Shown here: in pieces, positions 1 through 12,377 of the stretch
Layout of the letters: each line of letters opens with the position of its first letter
Numbering within the stretch: the stretch's first letter is position 1
Origin: Octopus vulgaris
Lineage: Eukaryota
DNA length: 64,000 nucleotides
Direction: 5' to 3'
Assembly: GCA_951406725.2 (NCBI GenBank)
Contig: OX597817.1
Location: forward strand, 139,934,001-139,998,000
The notes under the pieces: generated by a model
Databases searched by the model: none
The model's input: the letters and a program-made list of their open reading frames with translations, nothing else
What the model was told of the DNA's origin: nothing
Program-made: the position numbers and the translations under genes

Positions 1-240
1 CTGTCCCTTTTAAATGTTAACGTTTTGCTGTCTGCATTGAAGCAGCCCTTTCCGTTGCCACTGCCTGATATTTATGATTGATCTTTCTAAATATTTTATT
101 TCTCAACTTACTCAAGATCTTTTGTTGTTTATAAATGGGAGAGAGATAGATAAAGATAGAGAGTAAGAGAAAGCGAGGGAGAGTCCGAGAGAAAAGAAAA
201 GTAAGAGAGTGGGAAAGTGAGAGAGAAACAAAGAGGGAGA

Positions 241-560
241 ATCATCATCATCATCATCATCGTTTAACGTCCGTTTTCCGTGCTAGCACGGGTTGGACAG
301 TTTGACCGGGGTCTGGGAAGCCAGGAAGCTGCACCAGGCTCCAGTCTGATCTGGCAGTGTTTCTACAGGTGGATGACCTTCCTAACGCCAACCACTCTGT
401 GAGTGTAGTGGGTGTTTTTTTCGTGCCGCCGGCACAGGTGCCATGGGGGCTCGCAGCGGCAACGTTCAGATGGTGCTTTTTACGTGCCACCGGCACAGAA
501 GCCAGTCAAGGCGGCGCTGCAATCGGCCACGTTCGGATGGTGCTTTTTACGTGCTGAAAG
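241..560 (-). mobile_element. SINE/LINE 3' portion with RTE-like tail ending in (ATG)n
   Basis: The minus strand ends ...CAACCCGTGCTAGCACGGAAAACGGACGTTAAACG(ATG)n and carries TGGCGTTAGGAAGGTCATCC, a motif I recall from RTE-related repeats. Short internal repeats at about 410-555. Confidence 0.5.
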
Positions 561-1664
561 GAAGCAACAGAAAGTAACAACCACACTCTTACCCGCGCGT
601 AGAGCGGGTCACCTTCAGCTAGTATACATATATATATATATAACATGTATGCACACTCACGCACACACACGCATATATATGTGTGTGTGTGTATGTATAT
701 ATGTGTGTATGCATATATGTATATACGTAAATATATGTGAGTATATACATGTGTGTGTGTGAGTATGTCTTTCATAGTACTGCGAACACAATACTTTAAA
801 AAAAAAACGATTTTCCCGAATCAATTTTTAAAAGCAAGACTATGTAGCACTTTATCAATTTATTTCTCAATGTTTACGACAAAATTTCTGCAACGATGTC
901 ATCTGTGAAGCCAGGTCAACAATGAGTTAATTTATTTTAGTTCGCTGTTCACATTAAGTATTTTCAGTTTCAGCTAAGTTCCGACCAGGCAGAAGTTTAA
1001 GTGAATAATTGGTCTTAAAGTACGTAACAAACAACTGACAATCTCGTCATGCAATATATTCTAAATGTTGCCAAACACAAACCACTTTCCGTGACAGCTA
1101 ATATATAATGTTATAAACGGGGGACTATTATTACTAGACTTTAAATGAGACAGCTGGTTTATTTCTTAGCTTTTATGGCAAATTTCCAATTTCATGGAGA
1201 AGGGGATAACGTCGACTGCAACAATCTCACTGTTTTAATTGTTGTTTGAGCGATTTAGAAAGTAGAAAAAGGGGAAGGCCATCCTAAAGGAATTTAAGCT
1301 CAAAACTATGCAACGACCACTTTGCTTTTTCTTCTGATGGTAGCAGTAATTATATTTAAACCGGAAGTAGCCCTAGTTCCCAGTTTTTATTTTGGTAACT
1401 CTCACAGTTTATTTCAGTCAATCAAAGTTGGTAGCCTATTGCTGATTAGTATTGTAGGTATGTTCTGGACGGGAGGATAAATATAACCTCTTGCTGCCTC
1501 TAAATGTGAGACATAAATTAACATAAATTAACATAAAAATCAAGTCCTTTCTTAGTTTTTATTCACCACAAAACGAAACGGAAGAGGGCCTCAAATCAAT
1601 GCTGAATCATAACAGTACAAACAAAAAGGGAAGCAACTTGTATAGCGGCACATTACACCAACAA

Positions 1665-2050
1665 GACACTCTATTCTTTTACTCTATTACTGCGGTCATG
1701 CTGGAGCACCGCTTTGTAGGGTTACTAGAACAAATTGACCATAGTACTTAAGTCTGGTGTTTATTCTATCGTCGTTTTTTGTCGAACCGCTAAGTTACGG
1801 GGACGTAAGAAAACTAAGACCGAGTGGAGAGACAAACATGAACACTAAGACACACAAACGCGCGCGTGCATACCCCCTCCCACGTATATACACATTGGAC
1901 GGGTTTCTCATAGTTTCCGTCTGCCAAATTTCACAAGAGATAGGTCGTCCCGGATGTAGAAGATATTTACCCAAGGCGCCGCGCGCGGTGGCACTTAATC
2001 CAGAACCACATGGTTAGGGAAGAAGCTTCTTAACCGCAATACCATTCCGG
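1665..2050 (-). mobile_element. Diverged tRNA-headed CORE-like SINE (family C)
   Basis: Shares GAACCGCTAAGTTACGGGGACGTAA and the CCAAGG-containing CORE-like block with the copy at 4375-4815. Both have an internal simple repeat. Confidence 0.6.
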
Positions 2051-2149
2051 TATCTTTGGCTGGAAAAAAAAACCTCTCATAAAGGTTTTAGCTTTTTTTC
2101 TTGTATCAAATTCATCGCATCTAATTTGAATAGCTTCAATCCTTTATAT

Positions 2150-2382
2150 CTATTTCTTTACTACCCACAAGGGGCTAAACACAGAGGGGACAAACAAAGA
2201 CAGACAAACGGATTAAGTCGATTACATCGACCCCAGTGCGTAACTGGTACTTAAATTATCGACCCCGAAAGGATGAAAGGCAAAGTCGACCTCGGCGGAA
2301 TTTGAACTTAGAACGTAACGGCAGACGAAATACAGCCTCGCATTTCGCCCGGCGTGCTAACGTTTCTGCCAGCTCGCCGCCT
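2150..2382 (-). mobile_element. tRNA-derived SINE family A, full length
   Basis: Near-identical to about 9 other copies in the window. A-box-like TGGCAGAAACG and B-box-like GTTCAAATTCC. Direct repeat CCTTTATATC at 2141-2150 and 2380-2389. Confidence 0.9.
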
Positions 2383-2840
2383 TTATATCGTTACAGTCTT
2401 AGAATTGGAGACCAGAGGATACAGTTAACCCGAATGCCTAAAAACCAGAATCATTCGCTGACATTGAGATTTGACATAGAGACAGTATTCTGGGGAAATA
2501 GGAAGTCCTAACATACAGTTTAGGGGTTTAAAAACAGGAAAATAAATAAATCGGAGATAACGACAGTGACATCCGATAATTGTTTTAACGAGAACATTAA
2601 CAGAAGTCTTATTTTGTCGCATCTTCAGGCACCAACTTGTAGTTTCTTTGTGATATGCTAAATACTTCAGAAATAGCAGCTGAGGAATACTGTTCTAATG
2701 TTCTATATCATGAAACGAAATAACCTTTGAGAAAGCAATTCAGTGGTTTGTATGTCGACGCATGATAGCCAAAACACTTCTATGTGAGCGATGAGATATT
2801 CTTACACACCTACTGAGCCGCACAAGATGACCCGAGCGAA

Positions 2841-3062
2841 ATGTTAACGTTGTTGTTGTCCATCCTAGTTCTATTCGTTGGTTATTCCTCGGAGTGTCTG
2901 TTTCGGCAACCGGCGGCTCCTCGGTCGTTCTGTCCCTGCGTCTGCGGACAATCTGCGGCAAACAGGATGGCTCTACATGCGGGATTGTTGGGGACCGCTT
3001 GTGAAATTCATATTCCCACGGAACATCTTCCACTGCCATTGTTCGAGATGCCACAAGTACAG
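2841..3062 (+). CDS. Putative first coding exon of a secreted protein (signal peptide plus Cys-containing N-terminus); candidate helical cytokine-like
   Basis: Non-repetitive, GC/CpG-richer island. ATG 2841 opens MLTLLLSILVLFVGYSSEC (hydrophobic signal-like) and continues ...FCPCVCGQSAANRMALHAGLLGTAC...PQVQ. Exactly 74 codons end at a consensus donor CAG|GTAAGT (GT 3063), phase 0. Confidence 0.6.
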
Positions 3063-3529
3063 GTAAGTAAGTTATGTTACATAGAATGCTTACATGAAAT
3101 TATGGGATTCCAATGTCGTCACTTCCGGTCAATTTACTTTCACTTTAAAGCCCTAAATTGTATGTTTACTTTAGGATGTATCGTAAACTTCTGTGAATGA
3201 AAATTTTAAACAATTTTAAACGTAGAAATGAAAACTTGAGAAAACTAGGAATGAAGAATCACTCATCGTTCTTATTTGCTTTTAGTTTCAGCGAATGTTG
3301 TTTTAGATTCAAGTCACACATTTAAGGAACATTTACATCGATATTTATGGCAACATGCTTGCCTTACACCTACTTGGCCAGCTAGCTACCGTGCTATTCA
3401 CAATCGCCATTTGCATTGACTGTCAATGCTCTCTTTCATCTCCAGCTATTATCTGCTCGCTCCATTACCGAGATTTCTCTGCCTCACGTCTCATATTTCT
3501 CTCACATTCACACCCCCAATCACAGCTAG

Positions 3530-3911
3530 TATGTATGTATGTATGTATGTATGTATGTATGTATGTATGTATGTATGTATGTATGTATTATGTGCGTGTG
3601 TGCGCGTGTGTGTACGTGTGTATGTGTGTATGTATATATGTGTGTGTGTATGTATGTATACATGCATGTACGTATGTATGTATGTGTGTATGTAGGTATG
3701 TACGCATGTATGTGAATATATGTTTCTATGTATGTATGTGTGTGTGTATGTATGTATACATGCATGTACGTATGAATGTGTGTGAGTATATAGGTATGTA
3801 CGCATGTATGTATGTATATATATATGTACGCATGTATGTACGTATGCATGCGTGTATGTTATGTATGTATATATCTATCTATCTATATATATATACATTA
3901 TATATATATAT

Positions 3912-3947
<36 letters not shown>

Positions 3948-4060
3948 ATATATATATATATACATATATATATTATGTATATATATATGTATAGGTATAT
4001 ATGTATATATGTGTATGTGTGTGTTTATGCATTTATATATGTATGCATGCATGCACGTAT
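3530..4060. repeat. Compound (TATG)n/(TG)n/(TA)n microsatellite
   Basis: Read directly; source of the MYVC/YIYI pseudo-ORFs. Confidence 0.95.
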
Positions 4061-4374
4061 CTATGCCATGTGTGTAACTATTTGCATATGTATGGCTGTA
4101 ATTACATGCGTACAACAGCACGTGCGTTTCTCAACAGACATACACGTGTGTGATTTTAGGTATGTGATGTGTGTCTATGATTCATAGGCAACCCCTAAGT
4201 TTCCTCCCGGATTTGTTTGATTGATGTAAAGAGGCTTTGAACGGCAACTGTAGCCAACACTAAGGATTTCATCGCTTCACATAACAACGTTCTCTCTCTC
4301 TCTCTCTCTTTCATTTACTCTCACTTCTTTGCTTCTCTCTCTCGCCTCACTCTTTGCCTGATACGTTCATTTAA

Positions 4375-4815
4375 TTGTTTCATTAATTAAATTGCGGCCA
4401 TGCTACGGCTACCTACCTTCATGAATTCCTAATCGAATGAACCGACCTCAGTACTCTTATTATTTCTAAAAGCCTGCAGCTTAATCTATCGGGCTCTTTT
4501 GCCGAACCGTTAAGTTACAGGGACGTAAATACACCGACACCGGTTGTCAAGGGGTAGTGAGGGACAGAAACATAGATACATGCACACACATGTATGTATG
4601 TATGTATGTATGTATGTATGTATGTATGTATGTATGTATGTATGTACATATATAAAACGGGCTTCTTTCAGTTTTCGTCTACCAAATCCACCCACAAGTT
4701 TTTGGTTGCCCCAAAGCTATCGTAGAAGATACCTGGCCAAGGTGCCACGCAGTGGGACTGAACCCGGTACCATATAGTTGGGAGGTAAACTTCTTCCCAC
4801 TCCCACGTCTGCGCC
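4375..4815 (-). mobile_element. tRNA-headed CORE-like SINE (family C) with internal (TATG)n
   Basis: Minus-strand head with GGGTTCAGTCCC B-box-like motif, then TGCGTGGCACCTTGGCCAGGT CORE-like block. Same 3' body as 1665-2050. Confidence 0.7.
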
Positions 4816-5004
4816 TATATATGAATGTACATATAGATGTATATATATGTATATATATATATATATATATAAATATATATATATATATGTATATATATGT
4901 ATATATATATATACGTATGAATAAACAGACATACGTACATATACACGCACATGCACACTATTACACGCTTTCACACACCCATACGCAGTTCACACACACA
5001 ACAT

Positions 5005-5423
5005 ACCTATTTCTTTAATACCCACAAGGGGCTAAACACAGAGGGGACAAACAAAGACAGACACACGGATTAAGCCGATTACATCGACCTGAGTACGTAA
5101 CTGGTACTTATTTAATCGACACCGAAAGGATGAAAGGTAAAGTCGACCTCGACAGAATTAGAACTCAGAACGTAGCGGCAGACGAAATACCTATTTCTTT
5201 ACTACCCATAAGGGGCTAAACACAGAGAGGACAAACAAGGACAGACAAACGGGTTAAGTTGATTACATCGAGCCCAGTGCATAACTGGTACTTATTTAAT
5301 CGATCCCGAAAAGATGAAAGGCAAAGTTGACCTCGACGGAATTTGAACTCAGAACGTAACGCCAGACGAAATACCGCTAGGCATTTCGCCCGGCGTGCTA
5401 ACGTTTCTGCCAGCTCGCCGCCT
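5005..5423 (-). mobile_element. SINE family A nested dimer
   Basis: A full unit (5423 to 5190) is joined at GAAATA|GGTATTTCGTC to a headless second unit (5190 to 5005). Confidence 0.9.
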
Positions 5424-5504
5424 ATATACCACTGGTCTCAAAGAGCGGGACAAAAAGTAACAGATTCATAGTTGAGTGTAGTAATTAATATTTGATGTAT
5501 CATT

Positions 5505-5548
5505 TAGTTACTCTGGAGTTTCTCCGACCAGTTGGTTCATCAGACAGG
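5505..5548 (-). ncRNA. Degenerate minimal type I hammerhead ribozyme-like motif
   Basis: Minus strand: CUGAUGA-ACCAACUGGUCGGA-GAAA-CUCCAGAG-UA. The core is intact, but stem I has only 2 bp. Confidence 0.35.
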
Positions 5549-5744
5549 AAGAGAAGAAGAAAATTGAAGGACTTCTCACTGTGAGGCAGGTGAACTGAAA
5601 AAAAAAAATCACAATTATCCGAGATGCTGAAAAGTGAAAAGAGGGAGGCTTAGAATTAGTTGATCTTCTATAGTTCAGTTATAAATATATACATATATAG
5701 AAATCTATCTATCTATCTATTCACACACACACATACACACACAG

Positions 5745-5796
<52 letters not shown>

Positions 5797-5809
5797 ATAT
5801 ACACACATA

Positions 5810-6771
5810 TCAGGTCATCTATAAGTTCTGTCCGATTTTACCTTTTTTAAAATTGAATGAAATTTAATAGTATTTTAGAATGTCTAATGGAATTAAAAAA
5901 TATTTTTATGCATTTGTGTACATTTAAACTAATTAAATATTATTTTAGAGAATAATAGAATTAAAATTTCTTTGATTAAAACTCTTTCTAACATGGAAGT
6001 ATCCAAAGAGCAATTGAGTCACATAATGCTTTATGAATACAAAAAAGGAAACTCTGCAGCCGAAGCGACTCGAAACATACACTCAGTTTATGAGAAAGAA
6101 TGCTTGAATGAAAGAACTTGCAGAAGACGGTTTGCAAAATTCAGGAGTGGAGATTTCAGCCTTGAAGATGAAGATCGAACAGGACATCCAGTTGAGTTTG
6201 AGGATAAGCTCATTGAGGCATTACTTGAAGAAAATCCTGCATTATCAGTTGAAGAATTGGCAATAAAGCTTAGTTCAAACCATACAACTGTTCATCGTCA
6301 TTTTCAACAACTTGGAAAGGTTCCTGAACTTGGAAAATGAATTCCTCATGAATTGTCCGAAAGCAACCGCAAACCCCAAGTTGACATCTGCTCTTCTCTC
6401 CATTCTCGTGAACTCATTTCACCCTTTTTGGATAGACTTGTGACTGGTGACGAAAAATGGATCTTCTATCGAAATGTTAAACGCCGTTAAACAAATGTTA
6501 CATCGTGGTTTGGTAAAAGGGAAAAGCTCAACCTCATTTGGAGGACATAACTTTCGCAAGCCAGGAAGAGGTCGAAACTGACATTTCAGAGTTCTTCGCT
6601 TTGAAACCAAAAGAGTTTTACATTGATGGAATTAAAAAGCTTGTAAATAGATTGAAGGAAGTCATAGATAATCAGGGAAAGTACATTGATGATTAAATTT
6701 CAAATAAATAAAACGTTTGATCACTTGTTTTCTTTATTCAAAATTCGGACAGAATTTATGGGATGACCTGA
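5810..6771 (+). mobile_element. Mariner transposon, internally deleted, non-functional
   Basis: TIRs TCAGGTCATC...GATGACCTGA flanked by TA. HTH N-terminus (ORF 5972-6340), *IPHEL (WVPHEL-like), VTGDEKW, and C-terminus FYIDGIKKL...QGKYIDD*. The middle of the catalytic domain is missing. Confidence 0.92.
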
Positions 6772-6781
6772 TACATATATA

Positions 6782-8042
6782 TCTTAATATATAAAACAGA
6801 GTTTGTGTGCGTATGTTCCTTATGGATTCGAAAACTGAGTTGCCGATTTTGACGCATGAGGTATCAAAAGATTCAGTAATCTTTCAGCTACCAAATAAAG
6901 TATGTTTTTTTGCACAACTTTTTCGTACTATAAAAATAACCTTGAAAACAAGGTCGTGTCACACAATTTTGAATTTTTTAGCAAAGGGAGACAACTCTGT
7001 CTGAACAATCTTTATGTCTTAGATAGAGCATTATGAGAAAATGTTTAAAACACATGGAGTTTTACCAGGGAATGAAGATGCACCGCCAACTTTATTAGTA
7101 TTATTTAGTAGATAATCTTTAATTATGAAGAACATTTGTCTGTGTTTTGTTTAGCCCTGAATTGCCTCTGATGTAGCAAACCTATCGTATAGTTTTTTTT
7201 CTTGCTGAAATACTGTAAATCTGTGTCTTTCTTTTGATGAAAGAATGTGTTTTAAGAGAGATTTGGCTGCTATTTGTAGTAGCTCAAGTTACCACAGAGA
7301 CATCTGTGTGTGTGTGTGTTTTATTCTGGTGAAAAAATACTTTTCCTCAGGATATTTTGCACAATAAATTTTTTAAAGAAATCCGGACATCTTTCTTACT
7401 GCTAACCATTCAACTTCAAATTACAATTGTTAATTGTTGGAAATCAAATAGACTGAGATGTACATATACTAAAATCGTATAGAGTGGAAGTTCAATACAA
7501 AGTTTTGAACTCATTATCTTATGGTTAGTAATCCATTGCCTTAAATTTGAAGCCATTAAGTCTTTCGACTGTCGCCATGATGAGGTATCACCTTCAAAAA
7601 TTTAATTGATCATACTGACCTCAGTACGTATTTCAATCTGGCATTTATCTTATAGATATCTTGATGAAATGATAACTTTGAGATGAAGTAGGACATAATA
7701 TTCGATTTATCAACAAATATAAACACACAAACACACACACATATTAAGTGCAAGAATGACTGTGTGGTTGAGAAGTTTGCTTCACAATCACATTGTTCCA
7801 CGTTCGCCTCCACTGCATGGTACCTTGGGCAAGTGTTTTCTACTATAGGCCAAGGCCAACCACAGAATTTGGTTGACAGAAACTGTAGCATTGTTCATCA
7901 GAAAATGACCGGAAATCATGTTTATAAAGAAAAGTTCTTTGCTTCATACTCCTCGTATCTAATTCTGTCCATAAGAAAGGAACAAATAATACAATGTGGT
8001 TTTAAGTTATATCACCCGGGCAACGCCGGGGTGCATTACTAG
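6782..8042 (+). mobile_element. Non-autonomous Helitron
   Basis: 5' A|TCTTAATATATAAAA; 3' hairpin CCCGGGCAACGCCGGG then CTAG|T; no TSD. Same termini type as 34680-35074. Confidence 0.75.
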
Positions 8043-8091
8043 TGTGTGTGTGTGTGTATATATATATATTTAAGTTTGTAGTTGTGCTCCC

Positions 8092-8185
<94 letters not shown>

Positions 8186-8188
<3 letters not shown>

Positions 8189-9025
8189 TAGTTTTATTTT
8201 TATAGCGTGCTTTCACTTCACTACCGAGCGCAGCTCTGTGTGCTTTAGGTATGTGCTGTGATTTGTTGTGATGCTCTGATGGTTATTGTATGGAAAGTGT
8301 TCTGCGTAGGATGTGTGCATTGTCTAGTAGTACAATTTTCTGTATGTTATATGTGTTTGTAAGTCCTGGTATTTTTGTTATGTATTTGTCTCAATATTTT
8401 TTTATCATGCCTAATGCATCTACTATGATAGGAATTGTTTCTGCTTTTAGATTCCACATTCTGGAATATATGATTTATTGTTTCTTGTCCATCAACACAT
8501 ATTCTGCAGTTACTTGTTATATTTCTTTTCATTACATGTTTTTGGTAATTTCTGGTGGGGAGGCTTTGGTCTTGTGCTGCAATTAAAAATCCCTCTGTCT
8601 CTGCTTTGAGTCCTGAGCTTCTCAACCATTGCTGGGATTTTGTTTTGTCTATTTCTTTTGCATTTAGTTTAGTCCATTACTTGCCATGAAGGGGCTTTTC
8701 TTGCCATCGCGTTATCATGGTCCGTAGCTGTTCTAGTTTTAGTTTTGATTTCATTTGCTTTATAGCTTTTGTTGTGTTTTCTTCTTCTTCTTCTTCTTCT
8801 TCTTCTTCTTCTTCTTCTTCTTCTTCTTCTTCTTCTTCTTCTTCTTCTTCTTCTTCTTCTTCTTCTCCTCCTCCTCCTCCTCCTTCTCCCCCCTCCTCTC
8901 CATCCTCCTCCTCCTCCTTCTCTTTCTTCTTCTTCTTCTTCTTCTTCTTCTTCTTCTTCTTCTTCTTCTTCTTCTTCTTCTTCTTCTTCATATTTGTTAG
9001 GTGGTATGATTTCTTGTTTGTATTT
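8186..9025 (-). mobile_element. 3' part of an RLE-type (R4/Dong-like) non-LTR retrotransposon in an (ATT)n tract, interrupted by (TTC)n
   Basis: WQEKPLHGK, ETEGFLIAAQDQ, CRICVDGQETINHI (CCHC knuckle), and a degenerate PIIVGALG-like motif. The 3' end abuts (TAA)n at 8092-8185. Confidence 0.85.
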
Positions 9026-9029
9026 GTCA

Positions 9030-9930
9030 GCTTAAACCAACTTTTGCGCGAAAATTATCATCAAACGACAAGGGTACTGGCAGAGAAAATGGAATGACCC
9101 TACACTGATTTAGAGAAACATCTTCACTCGATGGGAAGGTTCAGAAGTGTGGTGCATGGGTTCCGCATGCTTTAAGTGATAGCAACAAGAATGAACGAGC
9201 TACAATCTCGGCTGGTTTGCTTGCTCGTCACCGCTCAAATCATGGACACAAGCAACGATTTCTTTACGGAATCATTACTGGCGACGAAAAATGGTGCCTG
9301 TATATCAATATGAAGTAGCGTCAGGAATGGCATAGCCCCGGTAAACAAGCGACACCACGCGTAAAGTAAGATCTTCATCCGTGTAAAACGATGTTGTGCG
9401 TATGGTGGGACTGGGAAGGGATTATCCATAACAAATTGCTTGAACGGAACCAAACGGTCAACGCGGAACTCTATGTTCAACAGATGGAATGACTCAACAC
9501 ATCTATTCAAGAGAAAAGACCTAATCAGCAGTATGGAGTTCTTCTGCTGCACGACAACGCCCGCCCTCATATCGCCAATATGACCAAGGAAGCCATTCAA
9601 ACGCATGGCTGGAAGTGCTGCCACACCCGCTGTACTCTCCTGATTTGGCACCAACGGATTTCCACCTCTTTCGATCTCTTTTAAATGCTATGCGCTGAGT
9701 TTCGTTCAATACTGATGCAGAATTGAGAGCTTGGTTGGATCAATTTTTCGAGTCGAAATCGGGTGATTTCTACCAACGAGGTATTGAAAATCTTGTTGAA
9801 TGTTGGGAAAAAGTTGTAAACAACAAGGATGAATACGTTATTGATTAATTAGTTGTCATTTTTTATTACACATTAAAAAAAAATTAAATTAAAAAAAAAA
9901 CAACGGCTGGAACTTAGCTGCCAACCTAAG
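9030..9930 (+). mobile_element. 5'-truncated mariner (DD34D) relic
   Basis: WVPHAL, ITGDEKW, HDNARPH and YSPDLAPTDFH motifs with stops. A right TIR-like end lies at about 9903-9930. Confidence 0.9.
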
Positions 9931-9935
9931 ATATA

Positions 9936-10984
9936 CGAGGGAGTACCCAAAAGTAACCGGAAAAGCTCTCTGTAGGACAAGCCCGTTGTAGTTAAGGCTT
10001 CCGCCGCTAGAAGCCTCCTGATATGACCCTCAGAGATCAGTCTGGTGAATGGCGGCGTCGCGTGCAGTTCTGCTATGATGTGGTGCGTCTTTATTTTGCG
10101 ATGGCTAAAACGTCAATGGAACAGAGTGCTTCCATGAGATTCTGTTTTCTGTTGGGGAAAACGGTAGCCGAAACGTTTTAGGAGGACAGTCGCGCCGAAC
10201 AATTGATGAACTTGTTGATATGACTGGTGTGTCGTGGAGCTTCTACCAACGGATTTTGAGCGAAGAGTTGTGAATATAAAGAATTGCAGCAAAATTTGTG
10301 CCTCGCTTACTCAAGGAAGATCAAATGCAGTCACGACTGAATGAACAGTTGGGAGTGTTGATGCGGATCTTTTCTCGAAGGTCATCACTGGTGACGAAAG
10401 CTGGTGCTACTGCTACGACCCAAAAATGAAACAGCAATCAAGTCAACGGAATATTCGATGTCACCACGCCCCACAAAATGCGCGTCGAGCGAAGTCCATT
10501 GACAAGACGGTACTGATTTGTTTCATCGATGCGAAAGGAACTGTTCAGATAGAATTTGTTCTTGGTAAAAATGTTAACCAGACATTTTAGTTGGAAGTTC
10601 TGAAGCGTCTGCGGGACACGGTAAGACGAAAACGCCTCGACTTGTGACAAAGTGGGGAATGGTGGTTCAGCACGACAATGCCCCTGTACACACCGCTTTG
10701 AGTATGAGACAGGTTTTGACCAAATATAGTATGACCCCGTTTACCCACCCTCCCTGTTAATTAGTTGTCATTTTTTATTACAATGAAAAAAGTTCTTGAA
10801 TGAAAACGTTAAAAGGCATCACTTCACAAGAGTTCCAGGACTGCTTCAAACAGTGGAAAACGCGTCTGGAACGATGAATTGCTTCAAATGGGGAATACTT
10901 AGAAGGCAGTAAAAATACAGACATCTAAAACTAAGTGGAGAAAATGACATTGCAAAATTCCGGTTTCCTTCGAGTACCCCCTCG
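9936..10984 (+). mobile_element. Mariner relic (FVPRLL/TGDESW, irritans-like)
   Basis: TIRs CGAGGGAGTACCCAAAAGTAACCGGAA / TTCCGGTTTCCTTCGAGTACCCCCTCG. Motifs FVPRLL, ITGDESW and HDNAP. Internal deletions. Same family as 19859-21033. Confidence 0.88.
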
Positions 10985-11066
10985 TGTATATATATTTATT
11001 AAAATTTTATGTATTGATTAAGTCTTTCCTTGTTTGTTTTGCAAAATAGTGGTTTTGTCTCTAATA

Positions 11067-11166
<100 letters not shown>

Positions 11167-11237
11167 TATACATACATACACACATATATATTATATATAT
11201 TCTTATATACATACATATACATACATACATACATACA

Positions 11238-11284
<47 letters not shown>

Positions 11285-11581
11285 GCACACACACACATAC
11301 ACATATGCACACACACGCACACGCACATATACACATATGCGCACGCACCCCACTCCCACACACTTATATAAGAATAAATACTGAGACAAGTTGTTCTGAA
11401 ATCTTTGTTGGTTTCCTTTATCGATTATTTTTAAGGCTTCTCAAAACCCTGCACAACCCGTTATATAAATCGGAAACTTGAGCGCTTATCTCCGAATACT
11501 GTGACTCATTGTCGTATTCAGTGAGTATTCAAGCTATTTCATCAGATGAACTATGTATTGAATGATGGTATCAATGGCCGA

Positions 11582-11814
11582 AAGGCGGCGAGCTGGCAGA
11601 ATCGTTAGCACGCCGGGCGAAATGCATAGCGGTATTTCGTCTGCCGCTACGTTCTGAGTTCAAATTCCGCCGAGGTCGACTTTGCCTGTCATCCTTTCGG
11701 GGTCGATTAAATAAGTACCAGTTACGCACTGGGGTCGATGTAATCGGCTTAATCCGTGTGTCTGTCCTTGTTTGTCCCCTCTATGTTTATCCCCTTGTGG
11801 GGAGTAAAGAAATA
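11582..11814 (+). mobile_element. SINE family A, full length with 15-bp TSD
   Basis: TSD GGTATCAATGGCCGA at 11567-11581 and 11815-11829. Confidence 0.95.
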
Positions 11815-12069
11815 GGTATCAATGGCCGAGTACTCCGTAGACACTTAATGTAATCATCATTGTATTAACGTGAGTTTAGCATAGGGGGTGAAAAAGATGA
11901 ATTAGTGCAGGTTATAAGACTAGTTTTTACCTTCCATAATCTCGATTTCAGTTATGCAATTTGTGCCAACTTGGGGCAGGGTTAAAAGGCACAGCCCAAT
12001 ATGCTGTGCAGAGGGATCGAACAAGCAGCTTCGGGGGCCTATGTACGCATACATATTTAGGTGTATTTT

Positions 12070-12301
12070 AGGTGGCAATCTGGCAGAAACGTTAGCACGC
12101 CGGGCGAAATGCTTAGCGGTATTTCGTCTGCCGTTACGTTCTGAGTTCAAATTCCGCCGAGGTCGACTTTCCCTTTCATCCTTTCGGAGTCGATAAATTA
12201 AGTACCAGTTACGTACTGGGGTCGATATAATCGACTTAACCCGTTTGTCTATCCTTGTTTGTCCCCTCTGTGTTTAGCCCCCTGTGGGTAGTAAAGAAAT
12301 A
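12070..12301 (+). mobile_element. SINE family A
   Basis: Matches the family over its full length; the tail runs into (TA)/(CATA)n. Confidence 0.9.
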
Positions 12302-12341
12302 TATATATACGCATACATACATACATACATACATACATACA

Positions 12342-12377
<36 letters not shown>

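Noticed and set aside
3355-4187. Long ORFs rich in [12 protein letters not shown] (also at 11, 19, 29, 33, 36, 40, 50 and 57 kb)
   Set aside because: Translations of stop-free microsatellites.
8677-9000. Poly-K/E/S/F ORFs (also 49630-50174 and 58824-59108)
   Set aside because: (TTC)n/(TCC)n expansions and purine-rich low-complexity sequence.
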